Source: Planctomycetota bacterium (lineage in GTDB: Bacteria; Planctomycetota; UBA1135; UBA2386). From it: 64,000 nt of DNA. Below are positions 8,981-18,221 of the stretch, piece after piece (position 1 is the stretch's first letter; every line of letters begins with the position of its first letter). The notes beneath the pieces were generated by a model that was not told the origin of the DNA, did not search any database, and saw nothing but the letters and a program-made list of their open reading frames with translations. The DNA is taken from NCBI GenBank assembly GCA_046290465.1, contig JBKAGP010000001.1:3456001-3520000 (forward strand). The letters run 5' to 3'. The position numbers and the translations under genes were made by a program.

Positions 8981-11401
8981 ATGTCGAAGCTCATCACGCC
9001 CACCCTTCTTCTCGTCGCCCTCGCAAGCTGCGGCGGCGGCTCCAGCACCGGCTCCGTGCAGGGCCTGCAGGCGCCAGAACAGGTCACCATCGTCGACGCC
9101 GCCGGCAGCACGCCCAGCACGCTGCTGCTGTCGAGCCAGCTGCTGCCGCTCGCTGGCAGCGACTACGAGACCGACCCGACGCGCTTCTGGGTCGAGGACA
9201 ACTCGATGCAGGCGCTCGACACGGTCAACATGATCCTCAACAGCCTGCAGCAGACCCGCTACTGGGAGCAGACCAACCTCGGCGCCTACCGCGCGCTGAT
9301 CGCCGACGAGAACCGCGGCGGCGGCGAAGGCCGCGGCAACAACGGCACCGAGTACGAGGAGTGGATCGTCAACTCGACGCGCGCCGACAACAGCGCGCCG
9401 CAGATCGTCAGCTTCTGGATCGAGCAGGACGACACGATGGGCAACCCGACCCCGTCGATCATCTACGGCCGCCTGACGGTCACCGCCGAGCCGAGCACCG
9501 ACCAGCCGCTCGGCCAGTTCACGCTCTACTTCAAGAACCTGTCGACCAGCGAGGCCTCGACCAGCACCGACACGAACTTCGAGGGCTACCTGCGCACCGT
9601 CGCACGCAACGACAGCCAGAGCGAACTCGAGTTCTACATGTCGCACGGGGACGTCGACACCACCCCGGCGCTCAACGAGTACGCCATGCGCGACCGCGTG
9701 CACGTGATCGGCAACCCTGGGGCCGACAGCGGCCGCGCCTACACGGAGTCGGTGTTCAAGATGAACAACGGCTCGGTGTTCACCGAGGAAGGCGAGTACC
9801 AGATCGAGTTCAACGCGGACTACCTGGCGCGACGCGACGTCACCAACTCCAACACGCTGTCGGTGCTCGACCGCAACGACTACAACACGCGCGTCTACCG
9901 GTACGGCGTCTACGACGCGACCACCGAAGAGCGCATCGAGCAGCTGTCGGGCTTCCCGGTCGAGGACGAGAACGGCGAGAACGGCTGGGCCGGCTACTAC
10001 GGCATCTGGTTCCCGGAGGGCACCACGCTGACCAACGGCCAGACGATCCTGCGCCGTTCGTTCGAGACCAACTCGACGACGCCGTACACGCTGTTCGTCG
10101 CCCCCGGTCGCCTCGAGAAGCGCACCCGCTCGTCGCTCGTCTGGGGCGACATCATCGACGAGGTCATGGAGTACTTCGACCCGACCTCGGGTGAGGACCT
10201 GCAGGTGATGTGGACCGGCCAGGACTTCGTCAAGGTCGGCACCCGCAGCGGCAACGGCTACACGCAGATCAGCCCCGCGGTCAGCATCGCGTCGTCGTTC
10301 TCGACCGGCCAGTGGGTGTCGTGCTGGAGCAGCGCGCGCGGCCAGGTCGAGTTCACCTGGCCGGCCGTGCCGGGCAACACCGAGGCCGCCTACGTGTGGC
10401 AGAACACGACCATCAACGCCGACTCGGCGGAACTCGCCAGCGGCGACCTGACGCTCTACGGCTACTTCAACATGCTGCGGGCGAACATCACGCAGAACCA
10501 GGCCAACTTCCAGAGCAGCGAGACCCCGTACCTGCCCGACGCCACCGGCGTCAGCACCGGCAACACGGTCTACACGTTCGACAAGTCGTCGCTGCTGCTC
10601 AAGATCGGCGCCGACCCGGTCAACCTCGCCGGCGGCGTCACGATCACGCAGGGCCCCGGCATGTTCGGCCTCAACTGCGGCCCGCTGTTCGACACCGCGC
10701 TGACGTCGTTCAACGACATCGGCCAGCGCGACACCACCTACCAGTGGTACATCGGCTCCAACTCGTGGAACCAGTTGCGCACGCTCAAGGACGCGAACGA
10801 CAACTTCGTCAACTTCGATCCGCCGATCGTGATGACCTACACGCACGACGAGACCGGCTCGCCGTACGACGACCGCAGCTTCTTCCTCGAGTGGGACGGT
10901 CAGTGGCTCGGCGGCATCCCGCACGAGCAGGACACCAACACCAACAACTACTACCCGGTGTTCAACATCCCGACCGGAACGACGATCGCCGTCGGCCAGA
11001 ACACCTACAAGATCAAGCAGCTGGAAGGCGAGCAGACGATGGTCGCGGTCGGCAGCCCGAGCACGGTCTACGCCGCGCAGGGCTTCGACATCGACGGCAC
11101 CCCGATCACCGCCCCGACGGCGACGCCGTACGAGGATCCGGCGATCGGCGAACGCCCGGTGGTGACCGACGCGCCGAAGTACGTCGGCGGCGTCGACCAG
11201 ACGGGCGACAACTCGCCGCCGTCTAGCGCCGGATCTCGCGCAGCAGGCGCCTGGCGTCGTAGACCTTGCGCAGCGCCTCGACGATGCCCTGCGGGTGCAC
11301 ACAGACGCTGCGCTCGACGCGCTCGCCGTAGAGGAACTCGTTGGCCATCGACTCGATGTTGCCGTCGAACAACAAGCCGACCAGTTCGAGCCGGGCGTTG
11401 A
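8981..11401 (+). CDS. large hypothetical lipoprotein (Thr/Asn/Tyr-rich, probably beta-rich surface protein); 3' end uncertain
   Basis: ATG at 8981, lipobox-like LASC followed by a GGGSS linker; strong C/G third-position bias up to about 11220. The last ~59 codons overlap the convergent S46 gene and look like shadow sequence. Confidence 0.8.
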   Translation: MSKLITPTLLLVALASCGGGSSTGSVQGLQAPEQVTIVDAAGSTPSTLLLSSQLLPLAGSDYETDPTRFWVEDNSMQALDTVNMILNSLQQTRYWEQTNLGAYRALIADENRGGGEGRGNNGTEYEEWIVNSTRADNSAPQIVSFWIEQDDTMGNPTPSIIYGRLTVTAEPSTDQPLGQFTLYFKNLSTSEASTSTDTNFEGYLRTVARNDSQSELEFYMSHGDVDTTPALNEYAMRDRVHVIGNPGADSGRAYTESVFKMNNGSVFTEEGEYQIEFNADYLARRDVTNSNTLSVLDRNDYNTRVYRYGVYDATTEERIEQLSGFPVEDENGENGWAGYYGIWFPEGTTLTNGQTILRRSFETNSTTPYTLFVAPGRLEKRTRSSLVWGDIIDEVMEYFDPTSGEDLQVMWTGQDFVKVGTRSGNGYTQISPAVSIASSFSTGQWVSCWSSARGQVEFTWPAVPGNTEAAYVWQNTTINADSAELASGDLTLYGYFNMLRANITQNQANFQSSETPYLPDATGVSTGNTVYTFDKSSLLLKIGADPVNLAGGVTITQGPGMFGLNCGPLFDTALTSFNDIGQRDTTYQWYIGSNSWNQLRTLKDANDNFVNFDPPIVMTYTHDETGSPYDDRSFFLEWDGQWLGGIPHEQDTNTNNYYPVFNIPTGTTIAVGQNTYKIKQLEGEQTMVAVGSPSTVYAAQGFDIDGTPITAPTATPYEDPAIGERPVVTDAPKYVGGVDQTGDNSPPSSAGSRAAGAWRRRPCAAPRRCPAGAHRRCARRARRRGTRWPSTRCCRRTTSRPVRAGR

Positions 11402-13259
11402 CGACCGGGCTGCCGGAGTTGCCGCCGGTCGAGTCGACCGTGCAGACGAAGTCGACCGGCGCCTGCATGTCGATCCGGTCGCGCGCCAGCAGCCACGGCT
11501 CCGGCAGGTCGAACGGGTGCACGCCGTCGAACTCGACGTTGCGCGCGAACATGCCGTGGAACACCGTGCGCCACGGCGCCAGGCTGCCGTTGTACTCGTA
11601 GCCAGCCACGCGGCCGTCGCTGAAGCGCAGCGTGAAGGTCGCGTCGGGCGAGACCTGGTCGCCGTAGACGGCGAACAGCAGCCGGCCGAGGCGGGCACCG
11701 AGCGCCGCCTCGGCCGCCTCGATCTCGCGCTTGCGCGCCTTGTTGGCCGCGGCCAGCGGCCGGATCGCGGCCGCTGCCTGCAGCGCCGCGTCCTGCGACG
11801 CGACGATGGCGTCCTTACCGCCTTCCAGCAGCTCTTCGAGGTAGCGATCGTCGCCGAGGCGGCTCTGCTGCAGCAGGAGCACGACCGCGCCCTTCGGGTC
11901 GCGATCGCCGAGCAGCGCGGCGAGGTACGGGTCCGACTCCGGCAGGTGCCCGCGCGCCCGCGCCAGGTGATCGGCGAACAGCGCCTCCTGCACCGGATCG
12001 CGGCGGCAGTCGGTGTCGCGCGCCCACGCGGCCGCCGCCGGATCGCCGGTCTCGGCGAACTCCAGCAGGTACAGCGCCCGCAGCAGCAGCGGCATGCCGC
12101 CGGCGGAGTGGAAGCTCAGCGGCGCCTCGAGCGCGACCTTCTTCTCCATCAACGCCGCCAGCTGCGACCAGATCTCGAGCTCGCCGGCGTGGCCGCTCGC
12201 CTCGGCCCGGCGCTGGAACGCGCGCTCGGCGCGATCCTTGCGCGCCATGAAGCCGGGGTCGTTGAGCGCGCCGTGCTCGCCGCGGTAGAGCTTCTGCCCG
12301 TTCTCGAGGCCGAGGATCGACGTGCGCAGCGCCTTCTCGATCCGCGGGTCCTTCTCGCTGAACTCGCGCAGGATCGCGATGCGGTTGTCGATCAGCTCGC
12401 GCACGCGCGGGTAGCGGGCGTCGCGCTGGTACTCGAGCTGCGCCTTGGTCAGCAGCCGCGAGGTGCCGCCCGGATTGCCGGTCAGCAGCACCAGCTCGCC
12501 GGCCTTCGGGCCGTCGCCCCACGTGAAGTGGTAAGCGCTGGTGTCGGCAGGCTTGCCGTCGACGTAGGCGCGGCAGAACGCGAAGTCGACCGCGTAGCGC
12601 GGGTAGACGAAGTTGTCCGGGTCGCCGCCGAAGTGCGCCACCTGCAGGTGCGGCGCCATCACCAGCCGGATGTCGTCGAACACGCGGTACTGGTAGAGCT
12701 GCCAGACGCCGCCCTGGAACAGCTTGACCAGCTGCGGCGCCAGCTGCGGGTCGCGCGCCTTGGCGGCGGCCAGCACGCGCTTGCGGTTGTCGGCGCGACG
12801 CGCTTCGGCCTCGGCAGCAGACATGCCCGCGGTGACGCCGTCGTCGACCTCGACGGTGACGTCGCGCATCGACACCAGCTGCTGCACGGTCAGGCCTTCG
12901 AGCCGGACCTCGTCGGTGAGCTCGTCGGCGACGTAGCCGTTCTTGACCCAGTCGTCCTCACGCTGCGCCTCGGCGATCGCGTCGCGCGCACAGTGGTGGT
13001 TGGTCAGGATCAGACCGTTGGGCGACACGAACGACGCCGAGCAACCGCGACCGAACCGGAGCGACGCCAGCCGCATGCGGTTCCACCACGCCTCGTCGGC
13101 CTTCAGGCCGTACTCGCGCTCGAGGTAGGCCAGCGGCGGACGTTCGAACGTCCACATCTTGCCGAGGCCGAGCTCGTCCTGCGCAGCGACGGGCGCCGCC
13201 AGCGCGAGCAGGGAGACCAGCGCGAGCAGGGAGAACAGAACACCGATCGTACGCTTCAT
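11223..13259 (-). CDS. S46 family peptidase (dipeptidyl-peptidase 7-like)
   Basis: GKMWTF, GCSASFVSPNGLILTNHHC, FGGDPDNFVYPRY, DSTGGNSGSPV, GLLFDGN; ATG at 13259 with signal peptide. Confidence 0.95.
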   Translation of the reverse strand: MKRTIGVLFSLLALVSLLALAAPVAAQDELGLGKMWTFERPPLAYLEREYGLKADEAWWNRMRLASLRFGRGCSASFVSPNGLILTNHHCARDAIAEAQREDDWVKNGYVADELTDEVRLEGLTVQQLVSMRDVTVEVDDGVTAGMSAAEAEARRADNRKRVLAAAKARDPQLAPQLVKLFQGGVWQLYQYRVFDDIRLVMAPHLQVAHFGGDPDNFVYPRYAVDFAFCRAYVDGKPADTSAYHFTWGDGPKAGELVLLTGNPGGTSRLLTKAQLEYQRDARYPRVRELIDNRIAILREFSEKDPRIEKALRTSILGLENGQKLYRGEHGALNDPGFMARKDRAERAFQRRAEASGHAGELEIWSQLAALMEKKVALEAPLSFHSAGGMPLLLRALYLLEFAETGDPAAAAWARDTDCRRDPVQEALFADHLARARGHLPESDPYLAALLGDRDPKGAVVLLLQQSRLGDDRYLEELLEGGKDAIVASQDAALQAAAAIRPLAAANKARKREIEAAEAALGARLGRLLFAVYGDQVSPDATFTLRFSDGRVAGYEYNGSLAPWRTVFHGMFARNVEFDGVHPFDLPEPWLLARDRIDMQAPVDFVCTVDSTGGNSGSPVVNARLELVGLLFDGNIESMANEFLYGERVERSVCVHPQGIVEALRKVYDARRLLREIRR

Positions 13260-13275
13260 CACAGTCCGTCTGGCT

Positions 13276-14403
13276 CTACTTGCCGGAGGTTCGCTTCTGC
13301 CGTTCGTGCCACGTGGCCAGCAGCTCCTTCTCGCGCTCCGGACGCATGCCCGAACGCAGCGGCTTGTCGCCACGCTCGGCCTTGGCCCATTCCAGGGTGT
13401 CACGGATCGTGTCCGCGATCGGCCGGAACTTCAGCCCCTTTTCCATCGCCTTGCCGTTCTGCACCATGCGGCGGCCCGCACGAGGGATCCACAGCGGCAT
13501 CTCCGAGTAGGGCCGGACGCCGTGTTCGGCGAGGAACTCCTCGTCGACCCAGGTCAGCCGGACGTCGCTCGCGGTCGCGCACTTGCACGCCGACAGGACC
13601 TCAGAGAGCGCCGTGCGTCCGGCGAAGCCGACCGCGTTGTAGACGCCGGTGACGTTCTGCTCGATGCAGTGCAGCATCCAGTCGGCGAGATCGCGTACGT
13701 CGACGAACTGCGAATGGCCGTCGACGTCACCGGGGCACAGCACCTCGCCGCCCCGGTCGATGCGCCACGGCCAGTAGGTGAAGCGATCGCTGCGGTCCAT
13801 CGGGCCGACGATCAGCCCCGGGCGCACGTTCGACACGCGGCCGGGCATCTCCTTCTCGGCGGCCGCCTCGCACAGCGCCTTCATCGCGCCGTAGTGCCGG
13901 AACGACTGCCGGATCGTCTTGACCTCGTCGATCACCTGCTGCGAGACCGTCGTCGTCGCGGCGTCCTCGTCGACCCGTTCGGGCCGCTGGTCGAACGCGC
14001 CGTAGACCGAGATCGTGCTGATGAACTGGTAGTGGCCGACGTGGTCCTTCAGGATCGACGCCGCCTGCTGCACGTGCGCCGGCACGTAGCCGGAGGTGTC
14101 GAGCACGGCGTCCCACTTGCGTCCCTTCAGCGGCTCGAGCTCCTGCTTGTCGCGGTCTCCGCGCAGCTGCTCGAGGTCCCGGAACAACTCCGGGTTGGTG
14201 CGGCCGCGGTTGAACAGCGTGATCTCGTGGCCGCGCGCCCGCGCCGCGCGCACGAAGTGCGGCCCGAGGAAGGCGGTCCCGCCGAGCACCAGGATCTTCA
14301 TCGGTGCGCCGGTGCGGGCCGGAGCGGCAGAACGGGCCGCGAGCGGGAATGCCGCCCCAGCCGCGGCAACGGACGAGAGGAACGTGCGGCGCGTGGTTGC
14401 CAT
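13276..14403 (-). CDS. NAD-dependent epimerase/dehydratase (atypical SDR) with twin-arginine signal
   Basis: TRRTFL Tat motif; ILVLGGTAFLG Rossmann motif; YGAMK; RPGLIVGP; DVRDLA. Confidence 0.9.
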   Translation of the reverse strand: MATTRRTFLSSVAAAGAAFPLAARSAAPARTGAPMKILVLGGTAFLGPHFVRAARARGHEITLFNRGRTNPELFRDLEQLRGDRDKQELEPLKGRKWDAVLDTSGYVPAHVQQAASILKDHVGHYQFISTISVYGAFDQRPERVDEDAATTTVSQQVIDEVKTIRQSFRHYGAMKALCEAAAEKEMPGRVSNVRPGLIVGPMDRSDRFTYWPWRIDRGGEVLCPGDVDGHSQFVDVRDLADWMLHCIEQNVTGVYNAVGFAGRTALSEVLSACKCATASDVRLTWVDEEFLAEHGVRPYSEMPLWIPRAGRRMVQNGKAMEKGLKFRPIADTIRDTLEWAKAERGDKPLRSGMRPEREKELLATWHERQKRTSGK

Positions 14404-14457
14404 GGACGGATCCTACGGCTGGCTCCGCCGCGTCGTTGGCGCGAAGATCGCCTTGTC

Positions 14458-15276
14458 ATGACAGAGCGCGAATACGTTCTCGGGACCGGCCAGGACGAGC
14501 TGGCGCGGCTGGCGCTGCAAAACCGGCTGTGGTCGGACACCGCGGTCGACGCTTGGCGGCGCGCCGGTCTGCGGCTCGGCCAGCGCGTGCTCGACGTCGG
14601 CTGCGGGCCCGGCTACGCCTCGTTCGACCTGGCCCACCTGGTGACGCCGTCGGGCGCGGTCGTCGGCATCGACGAGTCGCGCGCGTTCGTCGACGACGCC
14701 AACGAGATGGCGCGGGCCCGCCGCGTCGAACACTTCGAGGCGCGCACCGGCGACGTGCAGCGACTCGGCGAGACGCTCGGCGACGACGAGACGTTCGACT
14801 TCGCCTATGCGCGCTGGGTGCTGTGCTTCGTGCCCGATCCCGGCGCGGTCGTCGCCGGCATCGCTCGCGCGCTGCGTCCGGGCGGCCGGCTGGTCGTGCA
14901 CGACTACTTCAACTACGGCTCGATGACGATGGCGCCGCGGCGGCGCAGCCACGACCTCGCGGTCGAAGCCACGATCCGCTCGTGGCGCGGCCACGGCGGC
15001 GACCCGGACGTCGGGCAGCGGCTGCCGGCGCTGTTCGCCGAACACGGCCTGCAGCTCGACGAGGTGCGCGCGCACGTGCGCGTCGCACGCGGCAGCGACA
15101 GCATGTTCGCCTGGCCCGATACCTGGTGGCGCACGTTCGGGCCGAAGCTCGTCGAGATGGGCGAACTGCGGCAGCAGGACTGCGACGAGTTGCTCGCCGA
15201 CCTGGAGCGCATCGCCGCGGGCGAAGGCTTCCTGCAGTGCCCGCCGGTCTACGAGTTCATCGCGACGCGGTCCTGA
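14458..15276 (+). CDS. class I SAM-dependent methyltransferase
   Basis: ATG at 14458; YVLG...ELARL, VLDVGCGPG, FDFAYARWVL, LRPGG. Confidence 0.92.
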   Translation: MTEREYVLGTGQDELARLALQNRLWSDTAVDAWRRAGLRLGQRVLDVGCGPGYASFDLAHLVTPSGAVVGIDESRAFVDDANEMARARRVEHFEARTGDVQRLGETLGDDETFDFAYARWVLCFVPDPGAVVAGIARALRPGGRLVVHDYFNYGSMTMAPRRRSHDLAVEATIRSWRGHGGDPDVGQRLPALFAEHGLQLDEVRAHVRVARGSDSMFAWPDTWWRTFGPKLVEMGELRQQDCDELLADLERIAAGEGFLQCPPVYEFIATRS

Positions 15277-15289
15277 GCGGACCAGTTGC

Positions 15290-15337
15290 TGATCGGGCCA
15301 AAGGGTGATCAGGCCAGCGGGTGATCAGGCCAGCGGC
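15290..15337. repeat. three 16-bp tandem repeats overlapping the DUF1552 stop codon
   Basis: tgatcgggccaaaggg / tgatcaggccagcggg / tgatcaggccagcggc, read directly. Confidence 0.75.
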
Positions 15338-16665
15338 AGCGGCTCGCGGCTGTCGGCGAACGACTCGGCGCGCACGCCCATTGCGCGGACGACCGACAGG
15401 TAGAGGTCGGCCATCGGCGTCTTCTGCGGCACGCGCACGTGGCGGCGGCCGCGCGCAGCACCGCCGCCCTCGCCGAGCAGCAGCATCGGCAGGTCGTCGT
15501 GGTTGTGGCGGTTGCCGTCCCCGATCCCCGAACCGAACAGCACCATGCAGTCGTGCAGCAGGTCGTGCTCGCCCGAACGTTCTCGCTGCAGGCGCGCCGC
15601 GAAGCCGGCCAGCTGCTCGACCTGGAAGCGATCGATGCGGCCGATCTTGTCGCGCTTGGCCTCGAGCTTGCCGTGGTGGCTCAGCGTGTGGTGGCCCTCC
15701 GGCACGCCGAGGAACCGGTAGCTGCGGTTGCTGCCGCCGTTGCCGAGCATCAGCGTGACGACGCGCGTGCGCTCGGTCGCGAACGCCAGCACGACCAGTT
15801 CGTACATCAACTGCAGCTGCCGTTGGTGCGTGCCGCCCGCGTCCAGCAGGCCGTCGGGCACGTCGGCGAGCACCTCGTCCTGCTCCTGGTCCGCCTGCAC
15901 CAGCCGCCGCTCGAGGTCGCGCACCGAGTCGAGGTACTGCGAGAGCTTGCGCCGGTCCGCCCCACCGAGCTCCTTGGCCAGCGACTTCGCGTCGGCGTGC
16001 ACCAGGTCGAGGATCGAGCGCTGCTGTTCGCGCCGCAGGCGCCGCTGCTCTTGGTCCTGGGCCGACTCCGGGTCGCCGAACATGCGCGCGAACACCGCGC
16101 GCGGATCGGTCTCCTTGGCGACCGGCCGGTCCGGCGCGCTCCAGCTGACGTTGTTGCTGTAGGCGCACGAGTAACCCGAGTCGCAGACGCCGGCCGAGCG
16201 ACCGCGCTCCATGCCCAGCTCCAGCGACGCGAACGGCTCGTCGCCGGCGACGCCGCGCGCGATCTGCTGGTCGACCGAGACGCCGGCGCGGATGTCGGCA
16301 CCGCCGGTCTTGCGCGGGTGCGCGCAGGTCAAGAACGACGCCGCCGAACGCGCGTGGTCGCCCGGACCGTCGCCGTGCGACCAGCCGCCGCGGATCTCGA
16401 GGCCCGAGAACACCGTGGTGCGCGCCGCGAACGGCTCGAGGGCCGCCATCGTCGGCCCGAACTTCGCGTCCGCGCCCTCACCCTGCGGCCGCCAGCGGTC
16501 CATGTTCATGCCGTTGGGCGAGAACACGAACACGGCCTTGGGCTTGCCGGCCGGCGGCGGCGACAGCGCCGGCAGCATCGCATCGAGCCACGGCAGCGCC
16601 ATGCAGGCGGCGCCGCCACGCAGCAGCGTGCGGCGATCGAGGGCGACGCGACGGAGGTTGGGCAT
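15325..16665 (-). CDS. DUF1552 domain-containing protein
   Basis: DRRTLLRG Tat-like start, FVFSPNG, GDHAR, GVSVDQ, CDSGYSCAYSNNVSW, HHTLSHH, DGNRHNHDDLP. Confidence 0.93.
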   Translation of the reverse strand: MPNLRRVALDRRTLLRGGAACMALPWLDAMLPALSPPPAGKPKAVFVFSPNGMNMDRWRPQGEGADAKFGPTMAALEPFAARTTVFSGLEIRGGWSHGDGPGDHARSAASFLTCAHPRKTGGADIRAGVSVDQQIARGVAGDEPFASLELGMERGRSAGVCDSGYSCAYSNNVSWSAPDRPVAKETDPRAVFARMFGDPESAQDQEQRRLRREQQRSILDLVHADAKSLAKELGGADRRKLSQYLDSVRDLERRLVQADQEQDEVLADVPDGLLDAGGTHQRQLQLMYELVVLAFATERTRVVTLMLGNGGSNRSYRFLGVPEGHHTLSHHGKLEAKRDKIGRIDRFQVEQLAGFAARLQRERSGEHDLLHDCMVLFGSGIGDGNRHNHDDLPMLLLGEGGGAARGRRHVRVPQKTPMADLYLSVVRAMGVRAESFADSREPLPLA

Positions 16666-16727
16666 GGGCCGCAATGATCCCCGATGCGGCCGGCGAGGCG
16701 TAGCCCCACCTGCCCTTCGCCGACGGA

Positions 16728-17156
16728 TCAGAGGTTGATCGTGAAGACTGCGGTCTCGCCCGAGGGCAGTCCGTCGACCTTGAAGTCGCGGATCTCGACC
16801 GGATAGTTGCCCTTCGGCAGCGACTCCCCGGCCTCGAACAGCCAGCGCAGGTCCAGCTTGTTGGCCGGCTGGATCACCGCCGGGGCGTTGCGACGCGGCG
16901 GGTTGGGCGACACTTCGCGGTCATCGCTGACGATCAGGCGCACGGTGCCGTATTCGAACGACACGGCCTTGTCGTGGTCGTTCCAGATGCGCAGCCGGCA
17001 GTCGATGCGGCCGCGCTTCTGCTTGACGCGCGTCACGTCGACGCGCAGCCCGGCGGTCTCGACCTGCGGCGGCTGGGCGACGCGGCAACCGCCGGCGACG
17101 GCGAGTGACAGCAGGACGACGGGGATTCCCCAGTTGGAACGGCTTCGCGTGGGCAT
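16728..17156 (-). CDS. small hypothetical lipoprotein (Ig-like fold possible)
   Basis: ATG at 17156; hydrophobic stretch ending VAGGC; alternating beta-strand pattern. Confidence 0.65.
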   Translation of the reverse strand: MPTRSRSNWGIPVVLLSLAVAGGCRVAQPPQVETAGLRVDVTRVKQKRGRIDCRLRIWNDHDKAVSFEYGTVRLIVSDDREVSPNPPRRNAPAVIQPANKLDLRWLFEAGESLPKGNYPVEIRDFKVDGLPSGETAVFTINL

Positions 17157-17255
17157 GTTGGTTGAGTGTGCGGATCGGGCCGCGGCATGCAACAACGAGC
17201 CGGCGCGGCCTACGTTGCTTGACGTCGTCGAAGTTCGGCGAATGATGCGAGCCAC

Positions 17256-17990
17256 ATGAGCACCCCCGCCTCCGAGCGCCGCGCCCTCGTCACCGGCGGC
17301 AGCCGCGGCATCGGCGCCGCCGTCTGCGTCGAGCTGGCCCGCATGGGCCACCCGGTCATCGTCAACTACCAGCGCAACGCCGACGCCGCCGAACAGGTCG
17401 TCGCCCGCATCCGCGAGGCCGGCGGAGAGGCCCAGGCAGCCGGCTTCGACGTCGCCGACCGGACGGCGACCAAGGCCGCGCTCGACGAGCTGCTGCAGGA
17501 TCCGCGCCCGATCTCGGTGATCGTCAACAACGCCGGCATCGTTCGGGACGCGCCGCTGCCGGCGATGAACCCCGAGCAGTGGGACGACGTCATCGCGACC
17601 AGCCTCGGCGGCTTCTACAACGTCACCCAGCCGCTGATCATGCAGATGGTGCAGAAGCGCTGGGGCCGCGTCGTCAACATGTCGTCGGTGTCGGCGATCA
17701 AGGGCAACCGCGGCCAGACCAACTACGCCGCGGCCAAGGCCGGCATCCTCGGCGCGACCAGATCGCTCGCGATCGAGATGGCCAAGCGCAACATCACCGT
17801 CAACGCGGTCGCGCCGGGACTGGTCGAGACCGACATGACCAGCGACGTGCCGGACTTCGTGCAGAAGATGATCCCGATGCAGCGCATGGGCCGCAGCGAA
17901 GAGGTCGCGTCGGTGGTCGGCTTCCTGTGTTCCGAAGCCGCGAGCTACGTGACCGGCCAGGTGATCGGCGTCGACGGCGGCTTCCTGTAG
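17256..17990 (+). CDS. fabG: 3-oxoacyl-ACP reductase (FabG-like SDR)
   Basis: [28 protein letters not shown]. Confidence 0.9.
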   Translation: MSTPASERRALVTGGSRGIGAAVCVELARMGHPVIVNYQRNADAAEQVVARIREAGGEAQAAGFDVADRTATKAALDELLQDPRPISVIVNNAGIVRDAPLPAMNPEQWDDVIATSLGGFYNVTQPLIMQMVQKRWGRVVNMSSVSAIKGNRGQTNYAAAKAGILGATRSLAIEMAKRNITVNAVAPGLVETDMTSDVPDFVQKMIPMQRMGRSEEVASVVGFLCSEAASYVTGQVIGVDGGFL

Positions 17991-18221
17991 CGCCGTATCG
18001 GTCCCGACGGTGGACCGATGCGCACGGCGAACGTGCGTACGCGCACACATCGACGTGCGCGTGCGAACGATCGCATCGATCGCGCGACCGCCCGCAGGAG
18101 CGGCGAAGGAATCCTGCATCCGCGAGGACGAGGTCGCGAACAGCGCGGTCGCATGGCGAGTGATGTCGTCCATGCATGCCCCCTCGAACCCCGTCACCAC
18201 CACCAGACACCCCTCGCACCG

